Shown piece after piece: positions 25,730 to 39,534 of a DNA stretch of 64,000 bases; position 1 is the first letter of the stretch, and every line of letters begins with the position of its first letter. The notes beneath the pieces are model-generated. The model was not told the origin of the DNA and ran no database searches. It worked only from the letters and a program-made list of their open reading frames with translations. Origin of the DNA: Eledone cirrhosa (lineage: Eukaryota); assembly GCA_964016885.1 (NCBI GenBank), contig OZ024742.1, forward strand, positions 30,132,001 through 30,196,000, in the 5' to 3' direction. Position numbers and translations under genes: made by a program.

Positions 25730-25736
<7 letters not shown>
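25457..25736. mobile_element. Spacerless 280-bp palindrome with an HHR-like motif in each arm (25524-25561 -, 25632-25669 +)
   Basis: Centre cacatgtg. Left-arm motif CCTT-TTGAAAA-GCAG aagaa CTGC-GAAAC CG GTA-AAGG. Ends in (TA)n. Confidence 0.85.
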
Positions 25737-25794
<58 letters not shown>

Positions 25795-25904
25795 CGAAAG
25801 TGAACAACCCAAAATATAACTACTCCATTACCAAAGGTTTCTGGTGTTGTTAGTGTTGTTGTTGGTGGTGGTGTTGTTGGTGGTGTTGGTGGTGTTGTTG
25901 GCGG

Positions 25905-26198
25905 TGTATAGAACAGAGCTATATAATTCGAAAGTGAACAACCCAAAATATAATTACACCATTACCAAAGGCTTCTGGATCCCAGACAATATTAATATAC
26001 GCCTGGATCGGTCATCAGACAGAGTTATTATGGATAAAAAGTATGAAATCGAGATATCATACTTTTTATCCATAATAACTCTGTCTGATGACCGATCCAG
26101 GCGTATATTAATATTGTCTGGGATCCAGAAGCCTTTGGTAATGGTGTAATTATATTTTGGGTTGTTCACTTTCGAATTATATAGCTCTGTTCTATACA
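25905..26198. repeat. Near-perfect 294-bp palindrome
   Basis: ~142-bp arms with no mismatch I can see, around gtatga-aatcgagata-tcatac; partial copies of the arm at 25287-25310 and 25790-25842. Confidence 0.95.
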
Positions 26199-26264
26199 TA
26201 GAGCACTCTTTTTTTCCTTTGCTTTTCTTTCGGCATTATCTAACACACACACACACACACACAC

Positions 26265-26367
<103 letters not shown>

Positions 26368-26959
26368 CATACATATATATATTCTGGTCGAAGGTTCGGG
26401 CCACTACACCACTTTAGACACTACCTGTCCATCACGTCTTGTCACAGCTGACTGGTTCCACAATGCAGTCGGGACGTGAGGACAAGTTGGAGGCTCGATC
26501 AGCAGAATATTTAAAGCGAGTTAATACAAAATGTAATTTTGATACAGACAAGCCATCTACACATAGGTGAGAAACCATCATCTACTTTGATGGAATAATC
26601 CTACAGACTTGATCTCAAACCTCAATGTCCCGTGTAGTTTTCTATGCTGAAAAGCCCAGAATCTTCCATGAGGATCTCCTGGGTCAAGGTGAGCGAGCCG
26701 AAACACACAACCAGCGGATCTTTGATATATAAAATCTCATAAACATTACATGAGCAATATACCATCTGATAATCAAGTTGTGCTTTTTGTAATCTAATCT
26801 TACCAATATTTGTTTTTCTGTCTATTTGGAATGTCCTGGTTGATGGGTGGGTCAGTGGTCAGTATTTGGTTGACCTTTACAGTAGCTGTGATTTTCATAT
26901 TTACATATCAAATAAGGGGGAGTTATTTTCCTCCTCATTGGAGATGAAATCTCCTTCAC

Positions 26960-28378
26960 AGAACACCACCACCAACACCACCACCAAAAACACCAACAAC
27001 ACCACCACCAACACCACCACCAACACCACCACCAACACCACCACCAACAACAACACCACCACCACCAACACCAACACCAACAACATCAACAACACCAACA
27101 ACACCAACAACAACAACAATACCAACACCAACAACACCAACAACACCAACAACACCACCACCAACACCACCACCACCACCACCAACACCACCAACACCAA
27201 CAACACCACCACCAACACCAACACCACCACCAACACCAGCAGCAACAACAATCACAACACTAACAACACCACCACCAACACCACCACCACCAACATCACT
27301 AACACAACCACCACCACCAGCACCAACACCACCACCAACATTACCAACACCACCACCAACACCACCACCACCAACATCACCAACACCACCACCACCACCA
27401 ACATCACCACCACCAACAACAACAACAACATCACCACCACCACCATCAACACCACCACGACCAACATCACCAACACCACCACCAGCAACACCACCACCAA
27501 CACCACCACCAACACCAATACCACCACCAACAACACCAATACCACCACCACCAACAACAACAACACCACCACCAATAACACCAACAACACCACCAACAAC
27601 ACCAACAACACCACCAACACCACCACCACAACAACACCAACAACACCACCACCACCAACAACAACAACAACACCACCAACACCACCACCAACACCACGAC
27701 CAACAACAACAACACCACCAACACCTTCACCAAACCACCAACAACAACAACACCAACAACAACACCACCACCATCAACAACAACACCACCAACACCACCA
27801 ACAACACCACCAACATCATCACCAACACCACCACCAACAACAACACCAACAACACCATCACCACCACCAACACCACCAACAACGACAACACCACCAACAA
27901 CAACAGCAACAACACTACCACCACCACCAACAACAACAACAACAACAACAACACCACCACCAACACCACGACCAACAACAACAACACCACCAACACCTTC
28001 ACCAAACCACCAACAACAACAACAACACCAACAACACCACCAACATCATCACCAACACCACCAACAACAACAACATCAACAACACCATCACCACCACCAA
28101 CACCACCACCAACACCACCACCACCACCAACACCACCAACAACAACAGCAACAACACTACCACCAACACCACCACCAACAACATCACCAACAACACCACC
28201 ACCACCAACACCACCACCAACACCACCAACAACGACAACACCACCACCAACACCACCACCAACACCACCACCAACAACATCACCAACAACACCACCACCA
28301 CCAACACCAGTACCAACAACAACAACACCAACACCACCAACACCACCACCACTAACAACAACAACAACAACAACATCA
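26960..28378. repeat. Degenerate (ACC/AAC)n tract
   Basis: Directly visible; source of the 515-aa T/N/Q/H pseudo-ORF. Confidence 0.95.
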
Positions 28379-28763
28379 GCTTCAGTTCCTACGCAAGCCA
28401 TGGAGTATATTAGCTGCTGATTTACACCCAAACAATTGACACATTGCAGTGGAATTACAGTTAATATTATCAGCTCACCTGATAAGAGTTCTTATTGTTT
28501 TATCTATCCTACTAACTTATCACGTCACGTGATCCTCTTTCAATACGAGATTCTCATTGGTTGTCATCTGTCTTGAAAGTATACCAATTGTTCTTTAGTT
28601 TCTTCGATTGTATTTCCTAAGTAACAATGAAACCAGTTGCTTCTGTTGTCAGTAAACTTTCTTCCTTATTCTTACATAGCAATTCAAGCTTGGCTGATTT
28701 TTTTATTCGCTAATTTCTACCCGCCGAAATGCGATTCTCGCTAAATTTATATTTATATATATT

Positions 28764-28794
<31 letters not shown>

Positions 28795-28820
28795 ATCAGC
28801 TATGATGTGCTAAATTGTGG

Positions 28821-28851
<31 letters not shown>

Positions 28852-28908
28852 ACATTTTTTCTAATTCCAACTCGCCCGTCCCTTCAATCTATCTTATTTC
28901 TCATTCTT

Positions 28909-28944
28909 TCTTCTGGTGAAGGACTAGCGTCCGAAACGTTAAGA
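28909..28944 (+). ncRNA. Minimal HHR motif, family B (element 28849-29032 in (TA)n)
   Basis: TCTT-CTGGTGA-a GGAC tagc GTCC-GAAAC GTT-AAGA. Confidence 0.7.
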
Positions 28945-29031
28945 CCCTCTTCCTGCTATTTGAAGCGTTAACCTAATATATTCCCTTCATATACTGTACC
29001 GATTGTGTTGTTATTTCTGTTTACCTTTTAC

Positions 29032-29146
<115 letters not shown>

Positions 29147-29199
29147 TTGTTTTATAAATATTGATAACATATCCCTTTGCTTATATATATATATATAAA

Positions 29200-29219
29200 G
29201 CTATGATGTGTCATAGTGT

Positions 29220-29253
<34 letters not shown>

Positions 29254-29770
29254 CTAGGATGTGTTAAACTATGATATATATTTCAAATATATGTTGAAAT
29301 GTGGTATATACATATATATATATATCACCTAAGATGTGTTATAATGTGGTATATATATCAGCTAGGATGTTTTGAAGTAAGGTATATATATCAGCTATGA
29401 CGTGTTATATTGTGGTATATATAACAGCTATGATGTGTTATAGTGTGGTATATATAACAGCTATGATGTGTTATAGTGTGGTATATATATCAGCTATGAT
29501 GTCTTATAGTGTGGTATATATATCAGCTATGATGTGTTATAGTGTGGTATATATAACAGCTATGATGTGTTATAGTATGGTATATATATCAGCTATGATG
29601 TGTCGTATTGTGGGATATATAACAGCTATGGTGTGTTATAGTGTGGTATATATAACAGCTATGGTGTGTTATAGTGTGGTATATATAACAGCTATGATGT
29701 GTTATAGTGTGGTATATATAACAGCTATGACGTGTTATAGTGTGGTATATATTTCAGCTCTAATGTGTTG
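29200..29770. repeat. 33-bp minisatellite
   Basis: Unit cagctatgatgtgttatagtgtggtatatataa. Confidence 0.95.
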
Positions 29771-30089
29771 AAGAGTTGTATATATTATTATTATTTACCT
29801 AAGAGGAAACGGCAGCATCCATCACCCATCTCCGAAACTAGTGAGATGGAGAAAGGTAATCTAAAACTGGAAACTTAGCCCAAATACTTACAACAGGTTC
29901 CCATTAGCAGTGATTAGGGAGGTGGTTCTCGGACCCAGGAGGACATAGATTCCCACCACTACAGGCTCAACTATATACCTATCGGAAGGCAGCCGATATT
30001 TCAACTCCTATGCTGCAGTCTATGTTTTCGTTTTTTTGCTCCAATATTTGTTGTTACATATTTTTATTCATATAGTATTATGTATATAT

Positions 30090-30278
30090 GTGGTGGATTG
30101 GCAGTATCGGTAGAGGGTCGGAGGCCATGCTTTGCAGCAAAGAGTTACGGCCCTTTATGGTCTGAGTTCAAATCCCACCGAGGTTAACTTTGCTTATCAT
30201 CCTTACGGGGTCGACGAAATAAAGTACCAGTAATACACTAAGATAATTGCTGGCTTTGTGCCAAAAGTAGAAACAATT
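30090..30278 (+). mobile_element. Nin-domain SINE, short subfamily, full length
   Basis: Same consensus as 7943 and 13692. Confidence 0.85.
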
Positions 30279-30434
30279 ACATATATATATGTGTGTGTGT
30301 GTGTATGAACTTTGTATACCTAATGATATACGGTATGTTTACGAATAAACATTTGGAAAGTCTTTTAGCTATGAATATTGAAAAGCTGACAGCTAGCACC
30401 GTCGAGCGAATTCCAGCAGAAGCAGCAGGTGATA

Positions 30435-30475
30435 ACTGCCAACGCGTTTCTGGCTCAAGCCGTCATCAGGACAGT
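30435..30475 (-). ncRNA. Minimal HHR with canonical core boxes
   Basis: Reverse complement: ACTGTC-CTGATGA-c GGCT tg AGCC a-GAAAC GC GTT-GGCAGT. Confidence 0.8.
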
Positions 30476-30565
30476 GCTTCTCTCTACCCTGTTCTCTGGT
30501 GGAATTTGAATTAGGCGAAAATATATAGATTTTTTGCCTATGTACATGGCCTGATTATCCTCATT

Positions 30566-30810
<245 letters not shown>

Positions 30811-31188
30811 TGTGTGTGTTAGTGTGCGTGCGTGTGTATATATATATATGTATACACACACATACACACATATATACATATATACAGTGGCGGACTGGGT
30901 CTAAAAATATTGGTTGCCAGGAGATGAAGGGGCCCCACCTACATATAGAATGCTATCATTTGATTTTTATAAAGAATAAATAACATTTTCGAAGAATACA
31001 TAAGTGGAAACAAAACAGTGCAATCAAATTTTTGCGGAAAAATATCTTACCTTCCCAATAAAAAATATTATGTATTTTGCGAAATCCAGATACTTTCAAT
31101 AACGACCAGAAGTCGACACTAAATATTACTAATAGCTTTAGGAATGCCACGAACGACACCACAACATTTTGTTTTGAAAATGTTTAAA

Positions 31189-31476
31189 GTAGGTTTATAA
31201 GTATGAATTTTTACAGTTTTTTGTAGTTGTCTCTGTGGCCTAGAGGTAGATACTAAAGACGGTAGAGATCCTGACCTTGTGTTCGATCCTCGTCAAGATG
31301 TACATGCAGTCTTTTTCGGTTTTTATTTTACAACTCGTAGAAAAAAACTGAAAAGGTTTACTGGGAACCCTACTCCGACAAGGATCGAACTTCAGATCAG
31401 GATCACCACCGTCTATGATTCCTTCAACTAGGCCAACGAGACAGCTAACGAAATTGATAATAATTATAAACCTACT
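31189..31476. mobile_element. Imperfect inverted repeat with tRNA-like arms, probably part of a DNA-transposon remnant starting CAGTGGCGGA at 30886
   Basis: agtaggtttataa.../...ttataaacctact termini; tggcctag and gttcgatcc boxes mirrored in both arms. Confidence 0.5.
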
Positions 31477-31561
31477 AAATGAAAGTTAAAAAGATGTATC
31501 TTACCACACCTTCTTTGATATATATATATAGAGAGAGAGAGAGGTGTAACACACAAGTTAT

Positions 31562-31791
31562 TATATATTGGTAAACGGAATAGAAAATTCTGACAAATTG
31601 TTCACAGTTGAAAAATGGTTTAATTAGGAATAAAAGAGTATTAGTGATTGTATGAGTTAGTATTCAGTTGTGGTTTTAAGTTTTTAAAACCACAACTGAA
31701 TACTAACCCATACAATCACTAATACTCTTTTATTCCTAATTAAACCATTTTTCAACTGTGAACAATTTGTCAGCATTTTCTATTCCGTTTA

Positions 31792-31801
<10 letters not shown>
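31562..31801. repeat. 240-bp near-perfect palindrome ending in (TA)n
   Basis: Arms converge at gtggttttaa-gttt-ttaaaaccac; two mismatches seen. Confidence 0.95.
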
Positions 31802-31830
<29 letters not shown>

Positions 31831-31859
31831 CAAATTTTTAAAATTTGGCTTCGTTTATT

Positions 31860-31914
31860 ACTGCTATATATATTTCGGTGACAGCCATCTTTGGCTGTGA
31901 CCTCTTCAGGCAGT
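31860..31914 (-). ncRNA. Canonical HHR, family C
   Basis: Reverse complement: ACTGC-CTGAAGA-GGT c ACAGCCA aaga TGGCTGT c ACC-GAAA TATATA TA-GCAGT. Confidence 0.85.
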
Positions 31915-32273
31915 CCGAATTAGTGTGGTAGAGACGAGTACATATGTTGTTGAGGTGTTTAACTTTGTCAATACTCTGATATGCCCAGTTCCTGGTTGGG
32001 TTGTTATTTCACTGAGGAACTGGAACCATATATATATAAGCGTGAACCTAAAATATAACTGTGTATTTTTGCAACCGTGTGTTTGTTTTGTTTCCTTTAT
32101 TAACTTAATGGCTAAATAGCTGTAACCAGATCACAGTTTAAATTACCCATTGCGAGACTTGTATATATATATATATATTATACATAAACCTATTATACGC
32201 CTTTATCACATATAGGTATGTAAATATGGCTTCTCCATGTCTCACCCTTCACTAAAATACACACCTGCACTCA

Positions 32274-32360
<87 letters not shown>

Positions 32361-32858
32361 TTATTTATTTCTCTCTCTCTGCCTCACTCTCTTATATCTC
32401 TTTCACTCTCTCTCCCTTTTTCTCTTCTTCATCACCAGGGAATAATTCTAACCAAAGAAAAATTGTAAACACACACACACACACACACATACGCACACAC
32501 ACATACATACATACATACATACACACGCACACACATACATACATACACATACACACACACACACATACGGTCTATAGTCTGGCATACACATTTGTGTATT
32601 TTTACATTTGTGCGTATACTCATCTAGATATGCGTGTATGTGTGTATACATAGATACATGCTTATATACATACGCACATACACACACACACACACATACA
32701 TGCATACATATATACATATATACCTACATACATATTTACATACATACAAACACACATATATATACATATTTTGTTTACTTTCTCTTATCTCTCTTATTTA
32801 TCTTCACAAGCACCCCCCAGAAGAGACATATATACACTATACATACATACACACACAC

Positions 32859-32943
<85 letters not shown>

Positions 32944-33020
32944 TATATATATACATACATATATATATACATATACATATATATATAAGCACATACATAT
33001 ATATTTATATATATATGCAC

Positions 33021-33055
<35 letters not shown>

Positions 33056-33188
33056 CATACATATATATATATATATATGTATATACACATACATATATAT
33101 ACACACACATATATATATATATATATATACACACACATACACATATATATACGCACATATATATGTGTGTGTGTAAATATACTATATG

Positions 33189-33243
<55 letters not shown>

Positions 33244-33837
33244 CCCGAAAGGAAGCCAACAAGGATTAAAGTTCATACATATGTATCATGTATCATATCT
33301 ATTTATTACCTCCCTTGGGTCTCCCCTTATAGGTGTCTAGCAATTGAGCGTACCCTGTTTCATTCCTCCTGAATGTAAAATAGTACTGAATGAAATAGCT
33401 AACGTATCGTCTGCTTTCTATGATTCACTTACAATTAAATCAGCCATCTTCACAAATATGTTACAGTTTGTTTCACAGAAAAATATACACCGCACCATTA
33501 GTACCTACCGTGAATATGCATTGATGCATACATACATACTTCCATACATTTATACATACATATATATATAATAATATATGTAATAATAAACACAGTAAAT
33601 TGTGTGTCTAAAATTACGAGGGTTGAAATACCACCTTGGTTTGACAAATTTAACCTGAAGCAGACGGAAAATATAGAATAGATATACTGACCGTCTCAAT
33701 AACTATTTCATCTCCCGGACAGATTAGAGATTTAATCTGTTTCGCCCTGAAAATTGTGTCAGTCAGGGGTAACCTCAGTAAGTAAGGTACTCAATACATT
33801 AGTAAACATGTGTAAACATCAAATTTAATATAGAAAT

Positions 33838-33889
33838 GGCTTCTACAGGACTAGAACTGTTTCATTCGAAAGAAATCATCAGAAAAGCC
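33838..33889 (-). ncRNA. HHR, family F
   Basis: Reverse complement: GGCTTTT-CTGATGA-tTTC tttc GAAt-GAAACAG ttctagtc CTGTA-GAAGCC; a truncated inverted ctgatgattt follows. Confidence 0.75.
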
Positions 33890-34099
33890 TCTGATGATTT
33901 ATACATATTATTTCACTTGTTTCGGGCGAAACTTATAAGTTACTGTTATCTTTTACGATATAACATGTTTATTTGAATCTATATTGACTATGGTGTGTTA
34001 TATCAGATACTCTTTTGCTACCATATTATATACAGAAAATGATACACTTCTACAACATTACTATATATAGAGATATTTTTTTCTTTTTCTTTTCGTCCC

Positions 34100-34600
34100 T
34101 TAACTCCTGCGGGAGTCGTATGGGTGCTGTATTGACATACGGCGTTGCTAGGGCATTTTTTTGTTCATCTGGCGGAACCGATCTACTTCCCAGATCTGAA
34201 TAGAGCAGATTTCTTTTCAGAGAAGGATAAAGAGAATGGGATAATGGAAGTGCAAAAGAAATATAGAGGAAGAATCGACCACAGTACTTGACTGGTACTT
34301 TTTTTATCGACCTAGAAAGGATGAAAGGCAAAGTTGATCTCGGCAGGATTTGATCTCAGAGAGCAGAGAGCAGGAACGATTTTTTTTTCCAGAGAAGGAT
34401 AAAGAAAATGAGAAAAGGAATTGAAAAAGAGATATAGATGAAGGATCGACCACAGTACTTGACTGGTATTTTTATTTATCGACCTAGAATGGATGAAAGA
34501 CAAAGTTGACCTCGGCAGGATTTAAACTCAGAGAGCAGAGAGCTGGAACGAATTCCACAAAGCATTCTATCTGACGTTCTGACATATGCCAATTCGCCGC
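34100..34600 (-). mobile_element. Nin-domain SINE, long-tail variant, with an internal ~180-bp duplication
   Basis: Core present twice (34270-34375 and 34445-34550). Confidence 0.8.
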
Positions 34601-35489
34601 CATGCATATATAGATACGGAAACAAATGAACACGTAGCTCCAAAAGTATAAGTATGAAATTTCCTATTCTAAATCGGAATACCGGTAGAGGTTCATAGTT
34701 AAATTCTCACAAATGGTGAAGCACTTCAAACGACAAAATGTCTGTCGTATTCGTTCAAACATGCAGCTAACCATATTTACACACCCATACAAATATCTAC
34801 AGAGACAGACACAAACATATATATGACGCATATATATACAGTAGCATCTGCATATATATATATATATGCTTATATATGTGTGTGTTTTTGTATATATATA
34901 TATATATATATATATATACTCATATATGTGCGTGTGTTTGTATTTATGTATATATATATGCGTGTCTGTATATATATATATACATACATATTTACATGCC
35001 TACATACATACATACATACATACATACATACATACATACATACATACATACATACATACATACATACATACATACATACATACATACATACTTACGTACA
35101 GATACTGCGGCAAAAATATGTTTCGATTTATATAGATAAATATGTAGATAAATAAAACTGCACGCATATATCATATTACTTGCAAAATAAGTAGGTATAT
35201 TTAATCTTCAAAAGATACACGTGCATATGTATAGGTTATTGATCCAAATGAAAGCTCTAAAAATCGCTAAAGTAACTCCAAAAACATTCGAAATAACACA
35301 AGTTAGCCTTAAAAAAAGTTAGCTAGAAAGAATTAAATGTAATATATAAGTAATATACAAGTAGAAATGTTATATAAATGTAAGTATATATGTGTATGTT
35401 GTTATATAACGAAATGGTGGCAAAGTGGTTGGAGCTGTCATAGAAATATAGGAGGTTCTTTGTGGTGACTGCCAATAAATAGGACGGAT

Positions 35490-36020
35490 GACTAAATATA
35501 ATGGTTTATGATTGAGGCACCACAAGGTCAACAATCTACGGGTTAGAGGGGAAAGTCGATTAAATCAACTGCAGTACATTACTGGTACTTTATTTTATCG
35601 ATTCAGTAAGGATGACTAAATATAATGGTTTATGATTGAGGCACAAGGTCAACAATCTACGGGTTAGAGGGGAAAGTCGACTAAATCTACCCCAGTACAT
35701 TACTGGTACTTTATTTTATCGACTCAGTAAGGATGTAAGGCAAAGCTAACCTCGGCATGATTCAAAAGCAGAATGTAAAGGGCCGTAAAGTATAAACGGC
35801 GGGATTTGTACACAGGAGGTAAAGGGAAATAACAATATGCCGCGAATCATCTTGTCCGACGCTCTACCGATTACTGTCAATCCACAAGTCGATTAAATCG
35901 ATCCCAGTGTATTATTGGTACTTTATTTTAAGGACCCCGAAGGATGAAAGACAAAGCTAACCTCAGCAGGATTTAAACTTAATAATGTTTTCTGATTTAG
36001 GCACAAGGCCAACAATTTGG
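35490..36020 (-). mobile_element. Fragmented and duplicated Nin-domain SINEs
   Basis: actggtactttattttatcga...aaggatg...gctaacctc repeated. Confidence 0.75.
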
Positions 36021-36519
36021 AGAGAAGTCTCAATATGTAAACTAAACGTCTAAATCTGGGTTTTTTTTAAATCAATGGAGACAACCTAGAAAAATTAACG
36101 ATCCCTTCTTTCTGCCCCGTGTATTCCAACCCACCACTTTTTCCACACACACCCCACTTATTCCAGCACCCCACCCACCCCACGCCCCCTTATTCCTGTT
36201 ATTTGGGACACGAGATTAATTGCACAAACTGGACGATAATACGTCGTTTTCCAAGTGAGAATCTATCATATCATACATTCCCGTGTTGGTATTTCATCGA
36301 TAACTAAATACACAATCTATAAGCCCTTTATTACTAAGGGCTTAACAAAATCAGATAGAATGCTCTACATAAATAATGACGTTTTCACCTCTAGTTCGAT
36401 TAACTGAGTAAGCAATAGCTGATAAAATCCCCTCACAGTATTGAAACTAATCCAGGCGATCCTTCATTTCCTGCCAACTAAGATATTGTATATAAAGACA
36501 AGGTGTTAACGTCATCTGC

Positions 36520-37004
36520 CTATTATATACAGTGTTGGCTAAAATACAGAATATATATAGACATATGTCTATATATACAGTGTTGGCTAAAATCTATAGA
36601 TATATACCGTGGTACAGGATATATACAGGATATATATAGACATATGTCTATATATACAGTGTTGGCTAAAATACAGAATATATATAGACATATGTCTATA
36701 TATACAGTGTTGGCTAAAATACAGAATATATATAGACATATGTCTATATATACAGTGTTGGCTAAAATCTATAGATATATCCTGTGGTACAGGATATATA
36801 CAGGATATATATATAGACATATGTCTATATATACAGTGTTGGCTAAAATCTATAGATATATACCGTGGTACAGGATATATACAGATATGGTGTTTACATT
36901 TGTCTATATATATGGTGTTGACTAGACTCTTTATATATACATGGTAGTGCAATATATATACAGACCATGTTTAGATGAGTCTATTATATACAGTATTGGC
37001 TAAA

Positions 37005-37060
<56 letters not shown>

Positions 37061-37370
37061 GTATTTCCCGGTGTCGAAGATGCTACTCTTTTCCTAAAGT
37101 AAGTCTCAAAAATCTACCATGCGTCGAGGCCGAAGGTTGTTTATTATTTTTTTTCAAATTTTTGGTTGTTAAAAATGGCTGGGTGCGTCCTGGAGGACAA
37201 AGCGTCTTCGGCACCGGGAAATACGGAATATATATTCTGTAGTACAGTATATATAGGGACAAGATGTTTACATCTCTCTATTACATACAGTACTGGCTAA
37301 AATCTATACATATTACAGTATATATACAGACATGATATTTACATCTGTCTATACATACATTGTTGGCTAA
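36520..37370. repeat. Minisatellite with mixed ~55/~100-bp units, interrupted by a MITE and followed by a LINE insertion
   Basis: tacagtgttggctaaaat repeated; a degenerate continuation follows near 37830-37890. Confidence 0.85.
37059..37226. mobile_element. Tc1/mariner (pogo/Tigger-like) MITE
   Basis: TIRs ccgtatttcccggtgtcgaagatgc / gcgtcttcggcaccgggaaatacgg, preceded by TA. Confidence 0.8.
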
Positions 37371-37375
37371 TATAT

Positions 37376-37741
37376 CATCATCATCAGGTCGAGCTTGCTC
37401 GGCTTTCTACGACACGTTTCCTCCACCCATCTCTGTCTCTCATAGCGTTTGCCAGTTCTTCCGCAGTGCATCCAGTATCGTCCTCAAGCTGCTTGACGTA
37501 TGTCTTCTTGGGACGACCAGCGTTTCTTGCTCCATGAGGTGGACTCCATAACAACACATCACCTGCTATCTCTTCCTTGCTGCGCCAACAGTGGCCAGCA
37601 AATCTGAGTCTCTGTCCACATATTGACTTGCTGATAGGTGGTATATTGCCATAGGTGGTATATTGCCATAGAGAAACTGGAGAAAAAGCTAGACGGGGCA
37701 TACACACGTATGCTCCGTGCTGCTTTAAACGTGTCTTGGAG
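37376..37741 (-). mobile_element. 5'-truncated, 5'-inverted RTE-type non-LTR retrotransposon 3' end
   Basis: Minus strand: YGNIPPISKSI..RLRFAGHCWRSKEE..LLW..GRPKKTY..MRDRDGWRKRV* with (TGA)n tail. Plus strand: LEKKLDGAYTRMLRAALNVSW. TSD ggctaatatat. Confidence 0.9.
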
Positions 37742-37757
37742 GGCTAATATATATATA

Positions 37758-37835
<78 letters not shown>

Positions 37836-38024
37836 GACAATGTGATTACAACTGTCTATGGATACAGAGTGGCTAGCATCTATACAGTACAGCACTGACA
37901 CAATGCTATACGTACCAGTAATTTATTCCGGTATTTGGGCTCGTTCTATATATATTAGAATGGTTTTCTTCTATTGTCTATGGCTCTAATTTTCATTTGC
38001 TTATATAGACATTCGATCGACGTT

Positions 38025-38395
38025 TCGTCAAATCGGACCGAGGAAACAATGTTTCCATTGGTATTTCCAGTTGCTAATACTATCTATCGGTCGCAACTCC
38101 AGGTAGAAGGAGCAACGTGAAATAAAGTGTCTTGCCTAAGGGCATAACACATCGCCCGGTCCGAGAATCGAACACTCAATCTCACGATTGGGAATCCAAT
38201 TCTCTAACCACTCAGCCACATGCCTTCAAATGCTTATACAGTTGTTTCTACTTTTGGCACAAGGCCAGCAATTATCCCAGTGATGAAAGGCAAAGTTAAC
38301 CTCGGCAGGATTTGAACTCAGACCATAAAGGGCCGTAACTCTTTGTTGCAAAGCATGGCGTCCGACCCTCAACTGATACTGCCAATCCACCGCCC
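38025..38395 (-). mobile_element. Two adjacent SINEs: second family 38025-38225, Nin-domain 38240-38395
   Basis: Match other copies in the window. Confidence 0.8.
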
Positions 38396-38891
38396 CAAAT
38401 GCTTATATAATGTTGCTCTATTAAAGCGTTATCATCGTTTCATTTGCTAGTTCGTTAGTCGCGCAATTTTTCATAGCTCGGCTTCAGTGTTGTTTATCTG
38501 CAGACTTTTTTTTAACCTTTTTTTCCAAGGTTATTTTTTTCCGGAATTGTTTGTCTCTATGACAATTTCCTTTGAATAGTTCCGTAGTCGCCCCTGTGTC
38601 ATGTTTTGCTAGAGATATTTACCTGTTCACCGCTCATCCTATCGTTAATTACGGCATCATCAAACATGTTAACAATACAATTGTGTCTATTGAATGCTCA
38701 GTCATTTACATGTTAATTTCATAAGTAGGTTGTTCCGTTGAGACCGACGTAGTTCCCTTCCATTCAGATCTGATTTAATGGAGGACAAAGGGAGACCCAC
38801 CAGCGATGGCCGTAGTAGTTTATCCCTGCCTTCAGCTGGGCACAGATTATATTACAGGTATTTAGCTTTTATCAATGCACCAATATATTTG

Positions 38892-39162
38892 CAGGGCCGG
38901 ATTTAATGGAGTGCAAAGGAGCAATAACCCAGGGGCCCTGCACTAGGGGGCGGGGGGACCAGCAATGGATGTAGCAATTTATTTGTGCCCTCAGCTGGGC
39001 TTTTTAGTTTTAAGATGGTTAGAATTTTTGAATTTAATACCTGTATGTATAACTTTTCTATTCCAATTACTTGCATATTCTAAGTTCTTTTGTGTATGAG
39101 ACCCCACCCACCCCCACCCCTGAAATGCCCTGGGCCTCTTAAGGCCTAAATCCAATCCCCTG
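38892..39162. mobile_element. hAT-like MITE remnant
   Basis: cagggccggattta...taaatccaatcccctg termini; GGGCCC-rich subtermini. Confidence 0.55.
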
Positions 39163-39503
39163 ATTCCATTCCATATATGTGTATGTTCTATAAATACCTT
39201 TACAGTGTTTCGTGGGTCTGTTCCAAAATGTGTTGGTGATGATAGACGGAACTAATACATCTTAAAAGAATTTAGAAGTAAAATATTTTCTATTTTCTTT
39301 CGCTTATATTTATTCTTTTATTCTTTTACTGGTTTTAGTCATTAGACTGCGACCATGCTGGGGCACAGCCGTGTATTTAGTCCATCCGATCATATCGACA
39401 CCAATACTTTTTTTTTTCAAGTCTGACATCTAATATTTAACGTTTCGTTTTTGTTCAATTGCTAAGTTACAGGATATAAACACAGACACAAACATAAACA
39501 TGC

Positions 39504-39534
<31 letters not shown>

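Noticed and set aside
26866-28413. 515-aa mucin-like T/N/Q/H ORF
   Set aside because: Translation of an (ACC/AAC)n tract with internal frame slips.
29397-29771. Repetitive 11-aa protein (AMMCYSVVYIT)n
   Set aside because: 33-bp minisatellite that grades into (TA)n.
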